Under the pieces are notes generated by a model. That model worked only from the letters and a program-made list of their open reading frames with translations, was not told the origin of the DNA and searched no databases. From an uncultured Lactobacillus sp. (GTDB lineage: Bacteria; Bacillota; Bacilli; Lactobacillales; Lactobacillaceae): a DNA stretch of 64,000 bases. Below, in pieces: positions 27,189-37,813 of the stretch (position 1 is its first letter; each line of letters starts with the position of its first letter). The position numbers and the translations under genes are program-made. The stretch is taken from positions 14,819 to 78,818 of the forward strand of contig CANPPJ010000005.1 of the NCBI GenBank assembly GCA_947575965.1, read 5' to 3'.

Positions 27189-28997
27189 ATGGCTCTTCCA
27201 ACAAGAAATGAAGTACCTGATGATCTTAAGTGGGATCTTAGTCGCGTTTTTAAAGACGATCAAGAATGGGAACAAGAATCCAATCAGGTCGCAACCGAAA
27301 TTAAAAATTTAGATAGATTTAAGGGAAATCTTGCTAAATCTGGTCAAGATTTATATGAAGGAATTACAGAAATTTTATCTGTAAATCGTCGTTTAGAAAA
27401 AGTGTACGTTTATGCTACTATGTCAAGCGACGTTGATACTAGTAATACTCATTATCTAGGCCTTGTTGCTAAAGCTCAAAGCTTAGCTAACCAGATGAGC
27501 GCCGCTATCTCTTTTGTCGATCCTGAAATTTTATCTATCCCAGAAGAAACACTTGCTAAATTTATGCAAGATGAGCCCCGTTTAAAAGAGTATCAACATC
27601 GACTTGAACAAATTACTAAGAAACGTCCTCATACTTTACCAGCAAGTGAAGAAAAAATTATTGCCGCTGCTGGAGATGCAATGGGAACTTCCGCTAATAC
27701 TTTCAATGTTTTAACTAATTCTGATATGGAATACGGCTATGTTCAAGATGAAGACGGAGAGATGGTCCAATTATCTGATGGCTTATATTCACTTCTAATT
27801 CAGTCACAAGATAGAAATATTCGCAAAAATGCATTTGATGTTATGTATGCAAGCTACAGCCAATTTGAAAATAGTCTCGCTTCAACTTTATCAGGTGAAG
27901 TAAAAGCCCACAATTTTAATGCTCAAGTACATAAATATAATTCAGCTCGAGAGGCTGCTTTAAGTGAAAATGGCGTACCAACAGCTGTTTACGATACATT
28001 GGTTAAAGAGGTAAATAGTCATCTCAATTTACTTCATCGCTACGTTAGTTTAAGAAAAAAGATTTTAGGTCTTTCTGATCTACAAATGTATGATATGTAT
28101 GTTCCATTAACAGGTGAGCCTAGTCTTTCTTATAACTTTGAAGAAGCAAAAAATGAGGCTAGACGAGCCTTAGCGCCATTAGGGAAAGATTACCTCGAAC
28201 ATGTTGACTATATCTTTAATAATCGTGTAATTGATGTAGTTGAAAGTCAAAATAAGGTAACAGGCGCTTATTCTGGTGGTTCTTATGATACTGATCCATA
28301 TGAATTATTAAATTGGGAGAATAATCTTGATTCTCTCTATACGCTAGTTCATGAAACTGGACACTCAGTGCATTCTTGGTATACAAGAAATACTCAGCCA
28401 TATGTATATGGAGACTACCCAATTTTTGTTGCTGAAATTGCATCAACAACTAATGAAAATATTTTAACTGAATACTTCTTAGATAAAATTACCGCCCCTA
28501 AAACACGCGCATTTGTTTTGAATCACTATCTTGATTCATTTAAGGGCACACTCTTCCGTCAAACACAATTTGCAGAATTTGAGCAGTTTATTCATGAAGC
28601 TGACGCAAATGGTCAACCATTAACTGCCGATGTCCTTAATGAATTTTATGGTAATTTAAATCAAAGATATTATGGTGATAGTGTAGAACCAGGCGGAGAG
28701 ATTGCTAAGGAATGGGCACGGATTCCTCACTTCTATTACAACTTCTATGTTTACCAATATGCAACAGGTTTTGCTGCTGCTACAGCTCTTGCAAATAATG
28801 TTGTTCACGGTACGGACGAAGAACGTACAGCTTATATTAATTTCTTAAAGGCTGGCTCTTCAGATTATCCAACAGAAATAATGAAACGCTCTGGTGTCGA
28901 TATGACAAAGGCGGATTACTTAAGAGACGCATTTAATACCTTTGAAAAGCGACTTAATGAGTTTGAAAAACTCATTAATGAATTGAAAACAATCTAG
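27189..28997 (+). CDS. pepF: Oligoendopeptidase F (M3B)
   Basis: WDLS, GAYSGG, HETGHSVH, FVAEIAST and IPHFYYNFYVYQYATG motifs. Confidence 0.95.
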   Translation: MALPTRNEVPDDLKWDLSRVFKDDQEWEQESNQVATEIKNLDRFKGNLAKSGQDLYEGITEILSVNRRLEKVYVYATMSSDVDTSNTHYLGLVAKAQSLANQMSAAISFVDPEILSIPEETLAKFMQDEPRLKEYQHRLEQITKKRPHTLPASEEKIIAAAGDAMGTSANTFNVLTNSDMEYGYVQDEDGEMVQLSDGLYSLLIQSQDRNIRKNAFDVMYASYSQFENSLASTLSGEVKAHNFNAQVHKYNSAREAALSENGVPTAVYDTLVKEVNSHLNLLHRYVSLRKKILGLSDLQMYDMYVPLTGEPSLSYNFEEAKNEARRALAPLGKDYLEHVDYIFNNRVIDVVESQNKVTGAYSGGSYDTDPYELLNWENNLDSLYTLVHETGHSVHSWYTRNTQPYVYGDYPIFVAEIASTTNENILTEYFLDKITAPKTRAFVLNHYLDSFKGTLFRQTQFAEFEQFIHEADANGQPLTADVLNEFYGNLNQRYYGDSVEPGGEIAKEWARIPHFYYNFYVYQYATGFAAATALANNVVHGTDEERTAYINFLKAGSSDYPTEIMKRSGVDMTKADYLRDAFNTFEKRLNEFEKLINELKTI

Positions 28998-29066
28998 TAA
29001 AAACACAAATACATTTATAAACAAAAAGTTCTTGATCTCACTTCTGAGATCAAGAACTTTTTTAAT

Positions 29067-30584
29067 TTATACTAATTTAGTAATCAAACCAACTAAGTAT
29101 AGAAATACACAGGTAATTAACAAGTAAATACTTCCCCACTTAGTCGTTTCTTTTAGGATTTTTCCTTCTAAACCTTCTTTATTAATCGCACCAGTGGCTA
29201 CTGCAATGTTCTGCGGTGATAGCATCCCAGCAGTTGCACCAGTCATATTTGAAGCAACAATCCAGTATTTGCTTACACCTAACGATTGAGCAGCAGAATA
29301 CTGTAAGTTACCAAATAGAACGTTGGCTGACGTTGCAGACCCGGTTAAGAATGTTCCTAGCGCTCCAATTAATGGTGCAAATAAAGGATAAGCTGGTCCA
29401 AGTAAACTTACTAAAGCCACCGCTAACGCTTTAGTCATTCCTGCATATACCATAACTTTAGCTAAACCGACAATTGCACAAACTGTAATAGTTGTCATAC
29501 CAATTGTTTTCAAAACATGAAGCAAGATTTTGAACATTCGGCTTAAACTTAAGCCTTGAATCTTTCCTCCAATTATTCCCGCTAATAAAATTAATGTTCC
29601 TGGAGAAGAAAGCCAATTAATTGGTAGATCATTAGGATTCTTTCCTAAGTAAACATGTAAGTGAGTAGTTACACTAGTTAAAAAGTTATTCACAGGTGGA
29701 CAAAGAGATGAAGCGAGTAGAACGAAAATAAAGACCAAAATAAATGGTGAACAAGCCTTGAGAATCTCGCTAACACTTTCTACTTCCTTTATTGAACCAG
29801 TTTTTCTCTTAGTCAACCAGACAGTAACTAAAATTGAAAACAATGATCCGACTAAGGCTGGAAGTTCTGCCCCAGTAAACTTAGCAATAATAACTTGCGG
29901 AATTGCCATTCCAATTCCTGACATTAAAGTAATAAAGACAATACCTTTAAGAGCCTTAATACTTTTACCAGTAAGAATAACTAAAATAAAAGGTACTAAA
30001 ATAACTAAAATGACTAATTGCAAGGTTACTATAAATCCTAATTGCACATCATTAAGATTAGTTACTTCGGCTAATGTCAAAACTGGCAAGCCAATTGCTC
30101 CAAATGCGGTTGCTGTACTGTTAGCAACTAAACAAATTACTGAAGCTTGAATCGGTTCTAAACCTAAAGAAATTAAAATTCCCGCACAGATTGCTACAGC
30201 AGTCCCAAAACCAGCGATAGATTCCAAAAAGCCACCAAAGCCCCAAGCGATTATTAATACTAAAATTCTTTTATCGGTTGTGATTGATGATAATAATTTT
30301 TCAATCGTTCCCATACTCCCTGAATCAGTTGTAATCTGATAAACAAAAAGCGCAGCCAGAATTACATACATGATGGGCCAAATTCCCATTATAATACCTT
30401 CTAAGGCTCCAGAAAGAGTATTAATTATTGGTTGTTTAAACATTAAAACAGCATCAGCAATTGTAATAATTAAACCAATCGTACATGCCCGTGAAGCCGG
30501 CATACCAATAATTCCAAGAGAAATTATCAACCAGATGATTGGCACTAATGCCCATAAAAAATTTATCCACATAGTTTTCCTCAT
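29067..30584 (-). CDS. lctP: L-lactate permease
   Basis: FLESIAGFG, AFGAIGLP, GSATSANVLF and SPQN motifs. Confidence 0.9.
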   Translation of the reverse strand: MRKTMWINFLWALVPIIWLIISLGIIGMPASRACTIGLIITIADAVLMFKQPIINTLSGALEGIIMGIWPIMYVILAALFVYQITTDSGSMGTIEKLLSSITTDKRILVLIIAWGFGGFLESIAGFGTAVAICAGILISLGLEPIQASVICLVANSTATAFGAIGLPVLTLAEVTNLNDVQLGFIVTLQLVILVILVPFILVILTGKSIKALKGIVFITLMSGIGMAIPQVIIAKFTGAELPALVGSLFSILVTVWLTKRKTGSIKEVESVSEILKACSPFILVFIFVLLASSLCPPVNNFLTSVTTHLHVYLGKNPNDLPINWLSSPGTLILLAGIIGGKIQGLSLSRMFKILLHVLKTIGMTTITVCAIVGLAKVMVYAGMTKALAVALVSLLGPAYPLFAPLIGALGTFLTGSATSANVLFGNLQYSAAQSLGVSKYWIVASNMTGATAGMLSPQNIAVATGAINKEGLEGKILKETTKWGSIYLLITCVFLYLVGLITKLV

Positions 30585-30693
30585 CTAAAAAAGTAATACT
30601 ATTTAATTTTATCCTTTTTCCACATATTAAGGAAATTTAAAAACAAAAAACCTACAGGAGCAACAAGGCCCTTGTAGGTTCTAAATAACAGTT

Positions 30694-31485
30694 TTATTTC
30701 TTAAAAGCATGAACGCCATAAACAAATAAATAAATTCCAACTTCAATAATTGAAATAAAGAAAGTGACTGGCAGATTAGTTACGTATCCTAAAACTAAAC
30801 CTGCCCAAACTCCAAACAAGGCGATCCCAACTGACCAACATAACATAGCAGGAATTGTCTTACCTAAGTAGCGAGCACTTGAAGATGGCAAAGTTAATAA
30901 AATAAAGACTAATAATGATCCGACTACTTGTGCACCAATTGAAACAGCTAAAGCCAAAGCAATTAAAAATACTACTGAAACTAAGCTTGTATTAATATGA
31001 TGGCTAACTGCCCCTACATGATCAAATGAATCATAGTTTAATTGTCTTAAAACTAAAAAAATTATTGCTAAAACAAAGAGAGAAAGAATAACTAGTTGAA
31101 TAACTCCATCTCTATCAACTCCAATAATTGAACCAAACAAGATGTTAGTCGCATATCGACTATTACCGCCAGCAATAGCTAAAAATAGTACACCCAAACC
31201 AATAAACAAGGCTGAAATCGCACTAATTGCGGATTCCTTCTGATCACTTCTCATGGATAATTCACCAACACTGATTGAGCCAAGCAAAGTAAAAAGAACC
31301 ATACCCCAAAGTGGAACCCAACCAATCCAAACCGCAAAAGCCGCTCCAGCAAAACCAATTTCTGATAGAGTGTGAGCTAAGAATGAAAAACTTCGAGCTA
31401 CAACATATACACCCACTATTCCACAGGTAATAGCAATAAAAGTACTGGCTAAAAATGCATACCGCATAAAATCATATGCAAACAT
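30694..31485 (-). CDS. Zn/Mn ABC transporter permease (ZnuB-like)
   Basis: HTLSE, LFGSI and VGSLLV motifs. Confidence 0.88.
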   Translation of the reverse strand: MFAYDFMRYAFLASTFIAITCGIVGVYVVARSFSFLAHTLSEIGFAGAAFAVWIGWVPLWGMVLFTLLGSISVGELSMRSDQKESAISAISALFIGLGVLFLAIAGGNSRYATNILFGSIIGVDRDGVIQLVILSLFVLAIIFLVLRQLNYDSFDHVGAVSHHINTSLVSVVFLIALALAVSIGAQVVGSLLVFILLTLPSSSARYLGKTIPAMLCWSVGIALFGVWAGLVLGYVTNLPVTFFISIIEVGIYLFVYGVHAFKK

Positions 31486-32144
31486 TATTCTTCACCCACC
31501 TCTTCATTTAGATCCTTAATTTTTCCAGCAACTAAGCCTTTATCTTTAAATAAAAGATAATCTTTCATGTATTTCTTAGCTAGAGGAATGTCATGAGTTG
31601 TAAACAAAACAGTCATTGCGTGTTTTTCATTTAAGTGCTTAATTAATGACATTAACTCTTCTTTAGCAACTGGATCTAAGCTAGCTGTTGCCTCGTCCAA
31701 AATAATAAAGTCTGGCTTATCTAACAAAGCTTGAGCTAAATATGCACGCTGCTTTTGACCTCCGGAAGCTTCGCCCATCCTAGTATTTTGAATATCTAGT
31801 AAATGGGTCTCTTTTAAAATTTGATTTACTCTTGCCTTTACCCGAGCGTTCTTAAATAAAGGAGTATTAAGTTCTACAAAGGCCCGGATTGAGAGGGGAT
31901 AATCAGCATCTAGATTTCTAAATTGAGGTACATAACCAACTTTTGTATCTGGCGCAAATTTAAACGATCCTGTCGTTGGTTGTAACATTCCCATCAAAAT
32001 TCTAATCAAAGTTGTTTTTCCTGTACCATTTGCACCAAGTAGAGCTGTCATTGACCCCTTAGATAGAGTAAAATTTAAGTCTTTAAAAATTACCTTATCC
32101 TCAAATTTCATCCCCAGGTCTTTAACTGTTAATATATCAGTCAT
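31485..32144 (-). CDS. Zn/Mn ABC transporter ATP-binding protein (ZnuC-like)
   Basis: GANGTGKT, GYVPQ, SGGQKQR and THD motifs. Confidence 0.9.
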   Translation of the reverse strand: MTDILTVKDLGMKFEDKVIFKDLNFTLSKGSMTALLGANGTGKTTLIRILMGMLQPTTGSFKFAPDTKVGYVPQFRNLDADYPLSIRAFVELNTPLFKNARVKARVNQILKETHLLDIQNTRMGEASGGQKQRAYLAQALLDKPDFIILDEATASLDPVAKEELMSLIKHLNEKHAMTVLFTTHDIPLAKKYMKDYLLFKDKGLVAGKIKDLNEEVGEE

Positions 32145-32180
32145 CTCACTACTCCTCTTCTTTTAATAAACCAATCCTAT

Positions 32181-33080
32181 TTAATTATTTTGAATATCAG
32201 CTAGTTTTTGATAATTTTCTTTCATCCAAGCTAAGTAAGTAGTGTTATTAGGAATAGTTTCCCGCACATTTAAAACTGGAACATTGTTCTTTTTTGCAAG
32301 TTTCACAAAAGACTTAACTGTTGAACTACTTGCCTGAGTGTTATTAACAAAAAAGGCAATCTTCTTTTCTTTAATAGAATTGTTCATTTCATTAATCGTC
32401 TTAGGACTAGGATCTGTACCATTTTCAATAGCTTCTTCAAATTCCTTATCGCCTATTTTATAGCCAGCCTCTTGTAAAGCATAGTCAAAGACTGGTTCAC
32501 TAACAAAAACCGGTTTTTGATCACCCTTATTAGCTTTAACTAACTTTTTAATTTTATCAATCTTAGCTAAGTATTTTTCGCCATTTTCTTTAAAATAAGC
32601 GGCATGCTTCTTATCCAACTTAGATAAGCGTTTAACTAAATAATCAACATACTTAGTTGGCATATCTAAATTGTACCAAATATGAGGATTATCACCGCTC
32701 TTTAGTCCCATCAAGTCTTCACCAACTAAGACGGGCTTTTTATCAACAGACTTCGCTAGCTTATTCATCCATGAATCATAGCCTAACCCATTTGCAACGA
32801 CAATATTTGCCTGAGCTACCTTTTTAGCATCTGCTGTTGTTGGGTCAAAATCGTGTGGATCAACGCTGCTTTTATCGATAATTGCAGTCGCTGTACCATA
32901 TTTTCCAACAATATTTTTGGCAATATCTGAATAGACATTAGTTGTTGTAACTATTGAAATTTTATCTGATTGACTAGTAGAATTCTGCCTATTCGAACAT
33001 CCTACCGTTATCAATGATAAGAGGGTTACTAACCCCATAATAGAAATAAATTTCGTAATTTTAGATTTAAAATTTTGCAT
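32181..33080 (-). CDS. Zn/Mn ABC transporter substrate-binding lipoprotein (ZnuA-like)
   Basis: Lipobox TVGC; DPHDFDP and NPHIW motifs; start at MQNF after GGAGG. Confidence 0.9.
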   Translation of the reverse strand: MQNFKSKITKFISIMGLVTLLSLITVGCSNRQNSTSQSDKISIVTTTNVYSDIAKNIVGKYGTATAIIDKSSVDPHDFDPTTADAKKVAQANIVVANGLGYDSWMNKLAKSVDKKPVLVGEDLMGLKSGDNPHIWYNLDMPTKYVDYLVKRLSKLDKKHAAYFKENGEKYLAKIDKIKKLVKANKGDQKPVFVSEPVFDYALQEAGYKIGDKEFEEAIENGTDPSPKTINEMNNSIKEKKIAFFVNNTQASSSTVKSFVKLAKKNNVPVLNVRETIPNNTTYLAWMKENYQKLADIQNN

Positions 33081-33135
33081 AAATATCCTCCCGTGCAAAA
33101 CAAAAAAGCATTAAGTTAGAAGATTCAGCATAAGT

Positions 33136-33178
33136 TCTAACTTAAAGTTAGACTAAGCTACTTTTTTTATTATGTCAA
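33136..33178 (-). promoter_or_regulatory. Promoter of the metal ABC operon with an overlapping palindromic operator candidate
   Basis: TTGACA-17-TAGTCT; near-perfect palindrome TCTAACTTAAAGTTAGA at 33136-33152. Confidence 0.55.
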
Positions 33179-33295
33179 CATTTTTCTAGATAGACAAATA
33201 GCACCAAGACGTCTCAGACTTGATGCTATCAATAAGTGTAAATAATAAAAAATTGCTGAATTTCTAATTTAATGCTTTTCTAAAATTACATCTTT

Positions 33296-33324
33296 ATATA
33301 AACATATTTTTATATGTTTGTCAA
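33296..33324 (-). promoter_or_regulatory. ArsR/CzrA-type operator candidate next to a TTGACA element
   Basis: ATATAAA-N6-TTTATAT inverted repeat at 33296-33315; TTGACA at 33319-33324; the -10 is imperfect. Confidence 0.4.
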
Positions 33325-33375
33325 AGAAGTTCGGAAAAAATACTCAAAGTTATTGTAATTATTCAAGCTTTCAAA

Positions 33376-33663
33376 CTAAAAATCTTCGTTAACATGCCGT
33401 CTCAAGACATCTAAAATCTTAATTACATGCTTATCTTCTAAGCTATAGTACCGCTCTTGCTTAACTTGCTCACTCTTAACTAGCTTAGCCTCCTCTAAGA
33501 TTCTCAAGTGTCTAGAAATAGCTGGCTGACTAACATCAAACTGTTTTACTAAGTTATTTACACTACTTCTTTGATTGTCATTTAAGTAATAAAGAATTTG
33601 AATTCGAATGGGATGATTTAAAGCTCTAGTAACTCGAATAATTTGATCGTTCAACTTGTTCAC
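33376..33663 (-). CDS. ArsR/SmtB family metalloregulator with an alpha5 Zn-type site
   Basis: SQPAISRHLRIL HTH; D-K-H...H-V-N-E alpha5 ligands. Confidence 0.88.
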   Translation of the reverse strand: MNKLNDQIIRVTRALNHPIRIQILYYLNDNQRSSVNNLVKQFDVSQPAISRHLRILEEAKLVKSEQVKQERYYSLEDKHVIKILDVLRRHVNEDF

Positions 33664-33683
33664 CTATCTCAACTTACATTTAA

Positions 33684-34469
33684 TTATGAGAGTAACTCAA
33701 GAATTTTCTTTTGCACACTTGATTCTTCACTAGATCCAATAATTTGATTAGCAGCTTTCTTTGCATCTGGAAGAGCAGTAGCCGTAGCAAAGCTGGTACC
33801 TGCAAACTTAAGCATACCAACATCATTACCACTATCACCAAATGTTACCATTTCACTAGATTTAATCTTAAGTTTTTTACCCAAATATTCTAAACCTACA
33901 GCTTTATTCATTCCTTTAGTCTGCATATCAATAGCAGTACTTGCACCTGAGACAAACCCAATCTGTGGATGATCTTCTCTAAGTTTATCTAAGACCTTAG
34001 GCATCTTATCTTCTGGAACACGAAGACTTACTTTAAAAATACGATCATCGATATCGTTAAAGCTATCAACAACTTGAATTTTCTTAACGTACTTTTTTAG
34101 ATCTTCCGCAAATTCTTTTCCACTGCTTTTTTCAACATATGCACTAGTTACACCAGCAACAATAGCCTTATATGGTAATTTTTCCACAATTTCAAGCATG
34201 GTTTGATAATCTTCGTCGGATAAATCAGCTATTTGAAGAATTTCATTTCCATGAGCTACTAAGGCACCATTTTCGGCCACAAAGTACATATGCTTATTAG
34301 CTTTTGGAAAACGATCGAGGATATTTTCATACTGATTACCACTGGCAATAACAAATTTAATATCACGATCCTGCATAATTTGAAATTCTTTTTCAAAGAG
34401 TTCCTTATCATAAGTCTTATCTTCTCTTAGCCAAGTACCATCCATATCAGTTGCAATAAGCTTAATCAT
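33684..34469 (-). CDS. Cof-type HAD-IIB hydrolase
   Basis: DMDGT, ASG, ENGA and FGDSGND motifs. Confidence 0.9.
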   Translation of the reverse strand: MIKLIATDMDGTWLREDKTYDKELFEKEFQIMQDRDIKFVIASGNQYENILDRFPKANKHMYFVAENGALVAHGNEILQIADLSDEDYQTMLEIVEKLPYKAIVAGVTSAYVEKSSGKEFAEDLKKYVKKIQVVDSFNDIDDRIFKVSLRVPEDKMPKVLDKLREDHPQIGFVSGASTAIDMQTKGMNKAVGLEYLGKKLKIKSSEMVTFGDSGNDVGMLKFAGTSFATATALPDAKKAANQIIGSSEESSVQKKILELLS

Positions 34470-34568
34470 TTTCAGTCTCACTTTCCACTTTTATTATCCA
34501 CACTCCACTATACTAAAAAACGCCACCCGGAGGTAGCATTTTTCATAAAACTATTTTATTCAACTAGT

Positions 34569-34643
34569 TTAGTCCTTCTTGCGTTTTCTAGTACCTGCTA
34601 AGCCTAAAATTGACGCAATGGTTGCTAATCCTAGTCCAATGCC
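34569..34643 (-). pseudogene. Relic C-terminal sorting signal of a sortase-anchored surface protein
   Basis: Translates to GIGLGLATIASILGLAGTRKRKKD*, a hydrophobic stretch plus basic tail. In-frame stop just upstream; no LPXTG or start codon left. Confidence 0.65.
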
Positions 34644-34872
34644 TTGTTATAATTGTCTTTTATATTAAATACATATACGAATAATCTATGATGTAATTGG
34701 GTACGGGCTATGATATTTATGTGAATTTGATATTTATTTCTATCTTTATGTCCATTATTTCAAGAACAAAATATCGGAATGCTATACGAATTTACTCCGC
34801 ATCTGTTATTTATTAAACAAAAAAAGTAAGATTCTAAAATTTTTCAGAATCTTACTTTTTAATTAGTTGTTT

Positions 34873-36858
34873 TTATTCATCTGGGTCTTCAGAAACAGGT
34901 TTCTTCCAGAAACTCATAATTAGACCAGCCACAATAGAACCAACAATTGTAGCAACGAAGTAAAGTAAAATGTGGTTAGATAATGGAGATACCCATAGTC
35001 CTCCGTGAGGAGCTGGCACTTGGATATGCCATAATCCAACAAGTAAACCACCAACTGCTGAGCCAATTACGCAGGAAGGAATTACACGACCTGGATCAGC
35101 TGCAGCAAATGGAATAGCACCTTCAGTAATGAATGAGAAACCTAAAATCCAATTTGATACACCAGCACGACGTTCTTCCTTAGTGTAACGGTTCTTAAAG
35201 AAAGTAGTACCAATTGCCGTAGCAAATGGAGGAACCATACCACCAACCATAACAGCAGCCATCATAACTGCAGCAGTTGCAGAATGTGGGTCGTTAGCAA
35301 ATGCACCTGAAGCAAAGACATAAGCAGCCTTGTTGAAAGGACCACCCATATCGATAGCCATCATACCAGCTAAGATCATTGTCAAGATTACAAGATTACC
35401 AGTACCCATACTGTTCAAGAAGTGGGTAATAGCGAAGTTCACTGAACTAAAGATTGGGTTGATGATGTAGAACATAATCAAAGCAATGAAGAGCAAGCCC
35501 AAAATTGGGTAAAGCAACATTGGCTTCATACCCTCTACTGATTTTGGAAGTTTAGCAAATAACTTCTTCAAACCAATCATCATGTACCCAGCAATGAAAC
35601 CTGCAGCAATACCACCTAGGAATCCGGCTGGAGATACAGCATGTGCTTGTACGTTAACTTGTAAGCCGTTAGTGCCGTTAACAATAGCTGCCATATATCC
35701 ACCAACAAATCCTGGCATCAAGGCAGGTAAATCACCGATTGATTCAGCAATATAAGCAGCTAATACCGGAACCATAAATGCAAAGGCCAAGTTACCAGCA
35801 CTGTTTAAGAAAATAAATGCAGGGTTCTTAGCACCACCAGCCATATAGTTTTCAACTATAAAGGAGATGGCCATTAAGATACCACCACCGATAACGAATG
35901 GAAGCATGTGGCTAATACCACTCATTAAGTTCTTGTAGATAGATGCCCACAAACCTTGTTTTTCTTTTGCATCATTATCGCTAGAACTTGCACTACTATC
36001 AGCATGGTAAATTGGAGCCTTGTTTTCTAAGATATCTTCAATCAATTCTTTTGGATGGTTAATACCATCTACAACAGGCTTCATAACAAGTTCTTTACCA
36101 TTGAAACGTGGCATATCAACTTTTTTATCAGAGGCAATGATGACACCTTTTGCTCGTTTAATTTCTTCTGAAGTAAGCTTATCCTTTACACCTTCAGAAC
36201 CGTTAGTTTCAATACGAACATCAACGCCTAATTTTTTACCAGCCTTAATTAAAGCTTCTTGAGCCATATAAGTGTGTGCAATACCATTGATACATGCAGT
36301 AACACCAACAATTAAAGGCTTTTGCTCGCTAGCAGGCTTAGATGCTTCTTTTGCAGCTTCGGCCTTTCTCTTTTCGGCATCGGCCTTGTCCTGAGCATCC
36401 TTTTCAGCTTCTGCTTTTTTAAAGATATCAATAACTTCTTCTGGTGTAGTTGCTGCCTTTAAAGCATTAACAACATCTGGATTAATTAGTAAACTTGATA
36501 ACTTAGCTAAAGCTTGTAAGTGTGTGTTATCAGCACCGGCTGGTGCAGTAATCATAAAGAATAAATGAACTGGTTGTCCATCAAGAGCTTTATAATCAAT
36601 TCCTTTAGGACTTTTTGCAAATAAAACAGCGGCACGATTAATGTACTTGTTTCTTGCGTGTGGCATGGCGATTCCTTCACCAATACCAGTTGTTGATTCT
36701 TTTTCACGAGCCCAGATTGATTTAATGAATTCCTCTTCGTTATTTACAACACCTTGCTTTACTTCAAGATCAGCCATTTCTTTAATAGCTTCTTCTTGAG
36801 TAGTAGCCTTCAGATCCATAATCATTAAATCAGGACTTAAAAGATCTTCAATTTTCAT
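34873..36858 (-). CDS. fruA: Fructose PTS EIIABC
   Basis: TTGIGEGIAMPH (EIIA), ACINGIAHTYMA (EIIB), DMGGPFNK and ITEGAIPF (EIIC). Confidence 0.95.
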   Translation of the reverse strand: MKIEDLLSPDLMIMDLKATTQEEAIKEMADLEVKQGVVNNEEEFIKSIWAREKESTTGIGEGIAMPHARNKYINRAAVLFAKSPKGIDYKALDGQPVHLFFMITAPAGADNTHLQALAKLSSLLINPDVVNALKAATTPEEVIDIFKKAEAEKDAQDKADAEKRKAEAAKEASKPASEQKPLIVGVTACINGIAHTYMAQEALIKAGKKLGVDVRIETNGSEGVKDKLTSEEIKRAKGVIIASDKKVDMPRFNGKELVMKPVVDGINHPKELIEDILENKAPIYHADSSASSSDNDAKEKQGLWASIYKNLMSGISHMLPFVIGGGILMAISFIVENYMAGGAKNPAFIFLNSAGNLAFAFMVPVLAAYIAESIGDLPALMPGFVGGYMAAIVNGTNGLQVNVQAHAVSPAGFLGGIAAGFIAGYMMIGLKKLFAKLPKSVEGMKPMLLYPILGLLFIALIMFYIINPIFSSVNFAITHFLNSMGTGNLVILTMILAGMMAIDMGGPFNKAAYVFASGAFANDPHSATAAVMMAAVMVGGMVPPFATAIGTTFFKNRYTKEERRAGVSNWILGFSFITEGAIPFAAADPGRVIPSCVIGSAVGGLLVGLWHIQVPAPHGGLWVSPLSNHILLYFVATIVGSIVAGLIMSFWKKPVSEDPDE

Positions 36859-36898
36859 GAAAATAACTCCCTATCCTAACTGTATTATTTAGTTTTAA

Positions 36899-37813
36899 CT
36901 ACTTTACTTCTTCAACTGTAATTTGTGGTAAAACAGCATCAATTTGACTCTTAACTGCAATATCTTCAGTAAATGCAGTAGCACCACCACAAGCAGATCC
37001 GACTTTCAATGCTTCAACAACATTATGAGTCTTGTAGTAAGTACCTACAAAGCCGGCAATCATTGAATCTCCAGCGCCAACTGAGTTAACAGCAGTACCA
37101 ACAGCAGCACTTGCATGGTAAATATGATCCTTAGTTACTAAGTATGCACCGTCGCCAGCCATAGAAATCATGACGTTTTGTGCACCCATGTCTAAAAGTT
37201 TCTTAGCTGCTTCAAGCATTTCTTGATCATTAGCAAAGCTTGTATCAAATAAAGCTGCTAATTCATGATGGTTAGGCTTAATAACTAATGGGTGGTACTT
37301 CAAAGTTGCAAGTAAAGCTTCCCCGGTAGTATCAATTGCAAATTCAGCACCAGCTTCTCTGATAGTTGGTAATAATTGTTCATAGAAGTCAGTTGGTAAA
37401 CTTGGTGCTAAACTACCACTTAATACAACAATATCGCCTTCATTAAGATCATCCAAACGCGCCTTAAAAGCAGTAATTTCTTGTGCATCAATCTTTGGAC
37501 CAGCCGCATTAATTTCAGTTTCTTTTTGAGCATGAATTTTCACATTAACGCGGGTATCGTCAGAAATAGTTACAAAATCACTTTCAATTTTTTTAACGTT
37601 TAATTGGCGAACTAATTCTTTGCCAGTAAAACCACCGACAAATCCCCAAGCAGTGTTATCAACATCAAGTTGGTTCAAAATTTGAGAAACATTAATTCCT
37701 TTACCACCAGCTAAAAATTGACAATCATTTGAACGGTTAACACTACCAGCTTCCACCTTTTCTAATTGCATAACATAGTCTAATGCTGGATTAACTGTAA
37801 CAGTATAAATCAT
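36899..37813 (-). CDS. fruK: 1-phosphofructokinase
   Basis: TVTVNPALD, GGKGINVS, IKPNHHEL and VGAGDS motifs. Confidence 0.95.
   Translation of the reverse strand: MIYTVTVNPALDYVMQLEKVEAGSVNRSNDCQFLAGGKGINVSQILNQLDVDNTAWGFVGGFTGKELVRQLNVKKIESDFVTISDDTRVNVKIHAQKETEINAAGPKIDAQEITAFKARLDDLNEGDIVVLSGSLAPSLPTDFYEQLLPTIREAGAEFAIDTTGEALLATLKYHPLVIKPNHHELAALFDTSFANDQEMLEAAKKLLDMGAQNVMISMAGDGAYLVTKDHIYHASAAVGTAVNSVGAGDSMIAGFVGTYYKTHNVVEALKVGSACGGATAFTEDIAVKSQIDAVLPQITVEEVK

Noticed and set aside
34690-34866. Possible ~56-codon hydrophobic ORF on the + strand
   Set aside because: No RBS, runs through a terminator, and has no recognisable motif.
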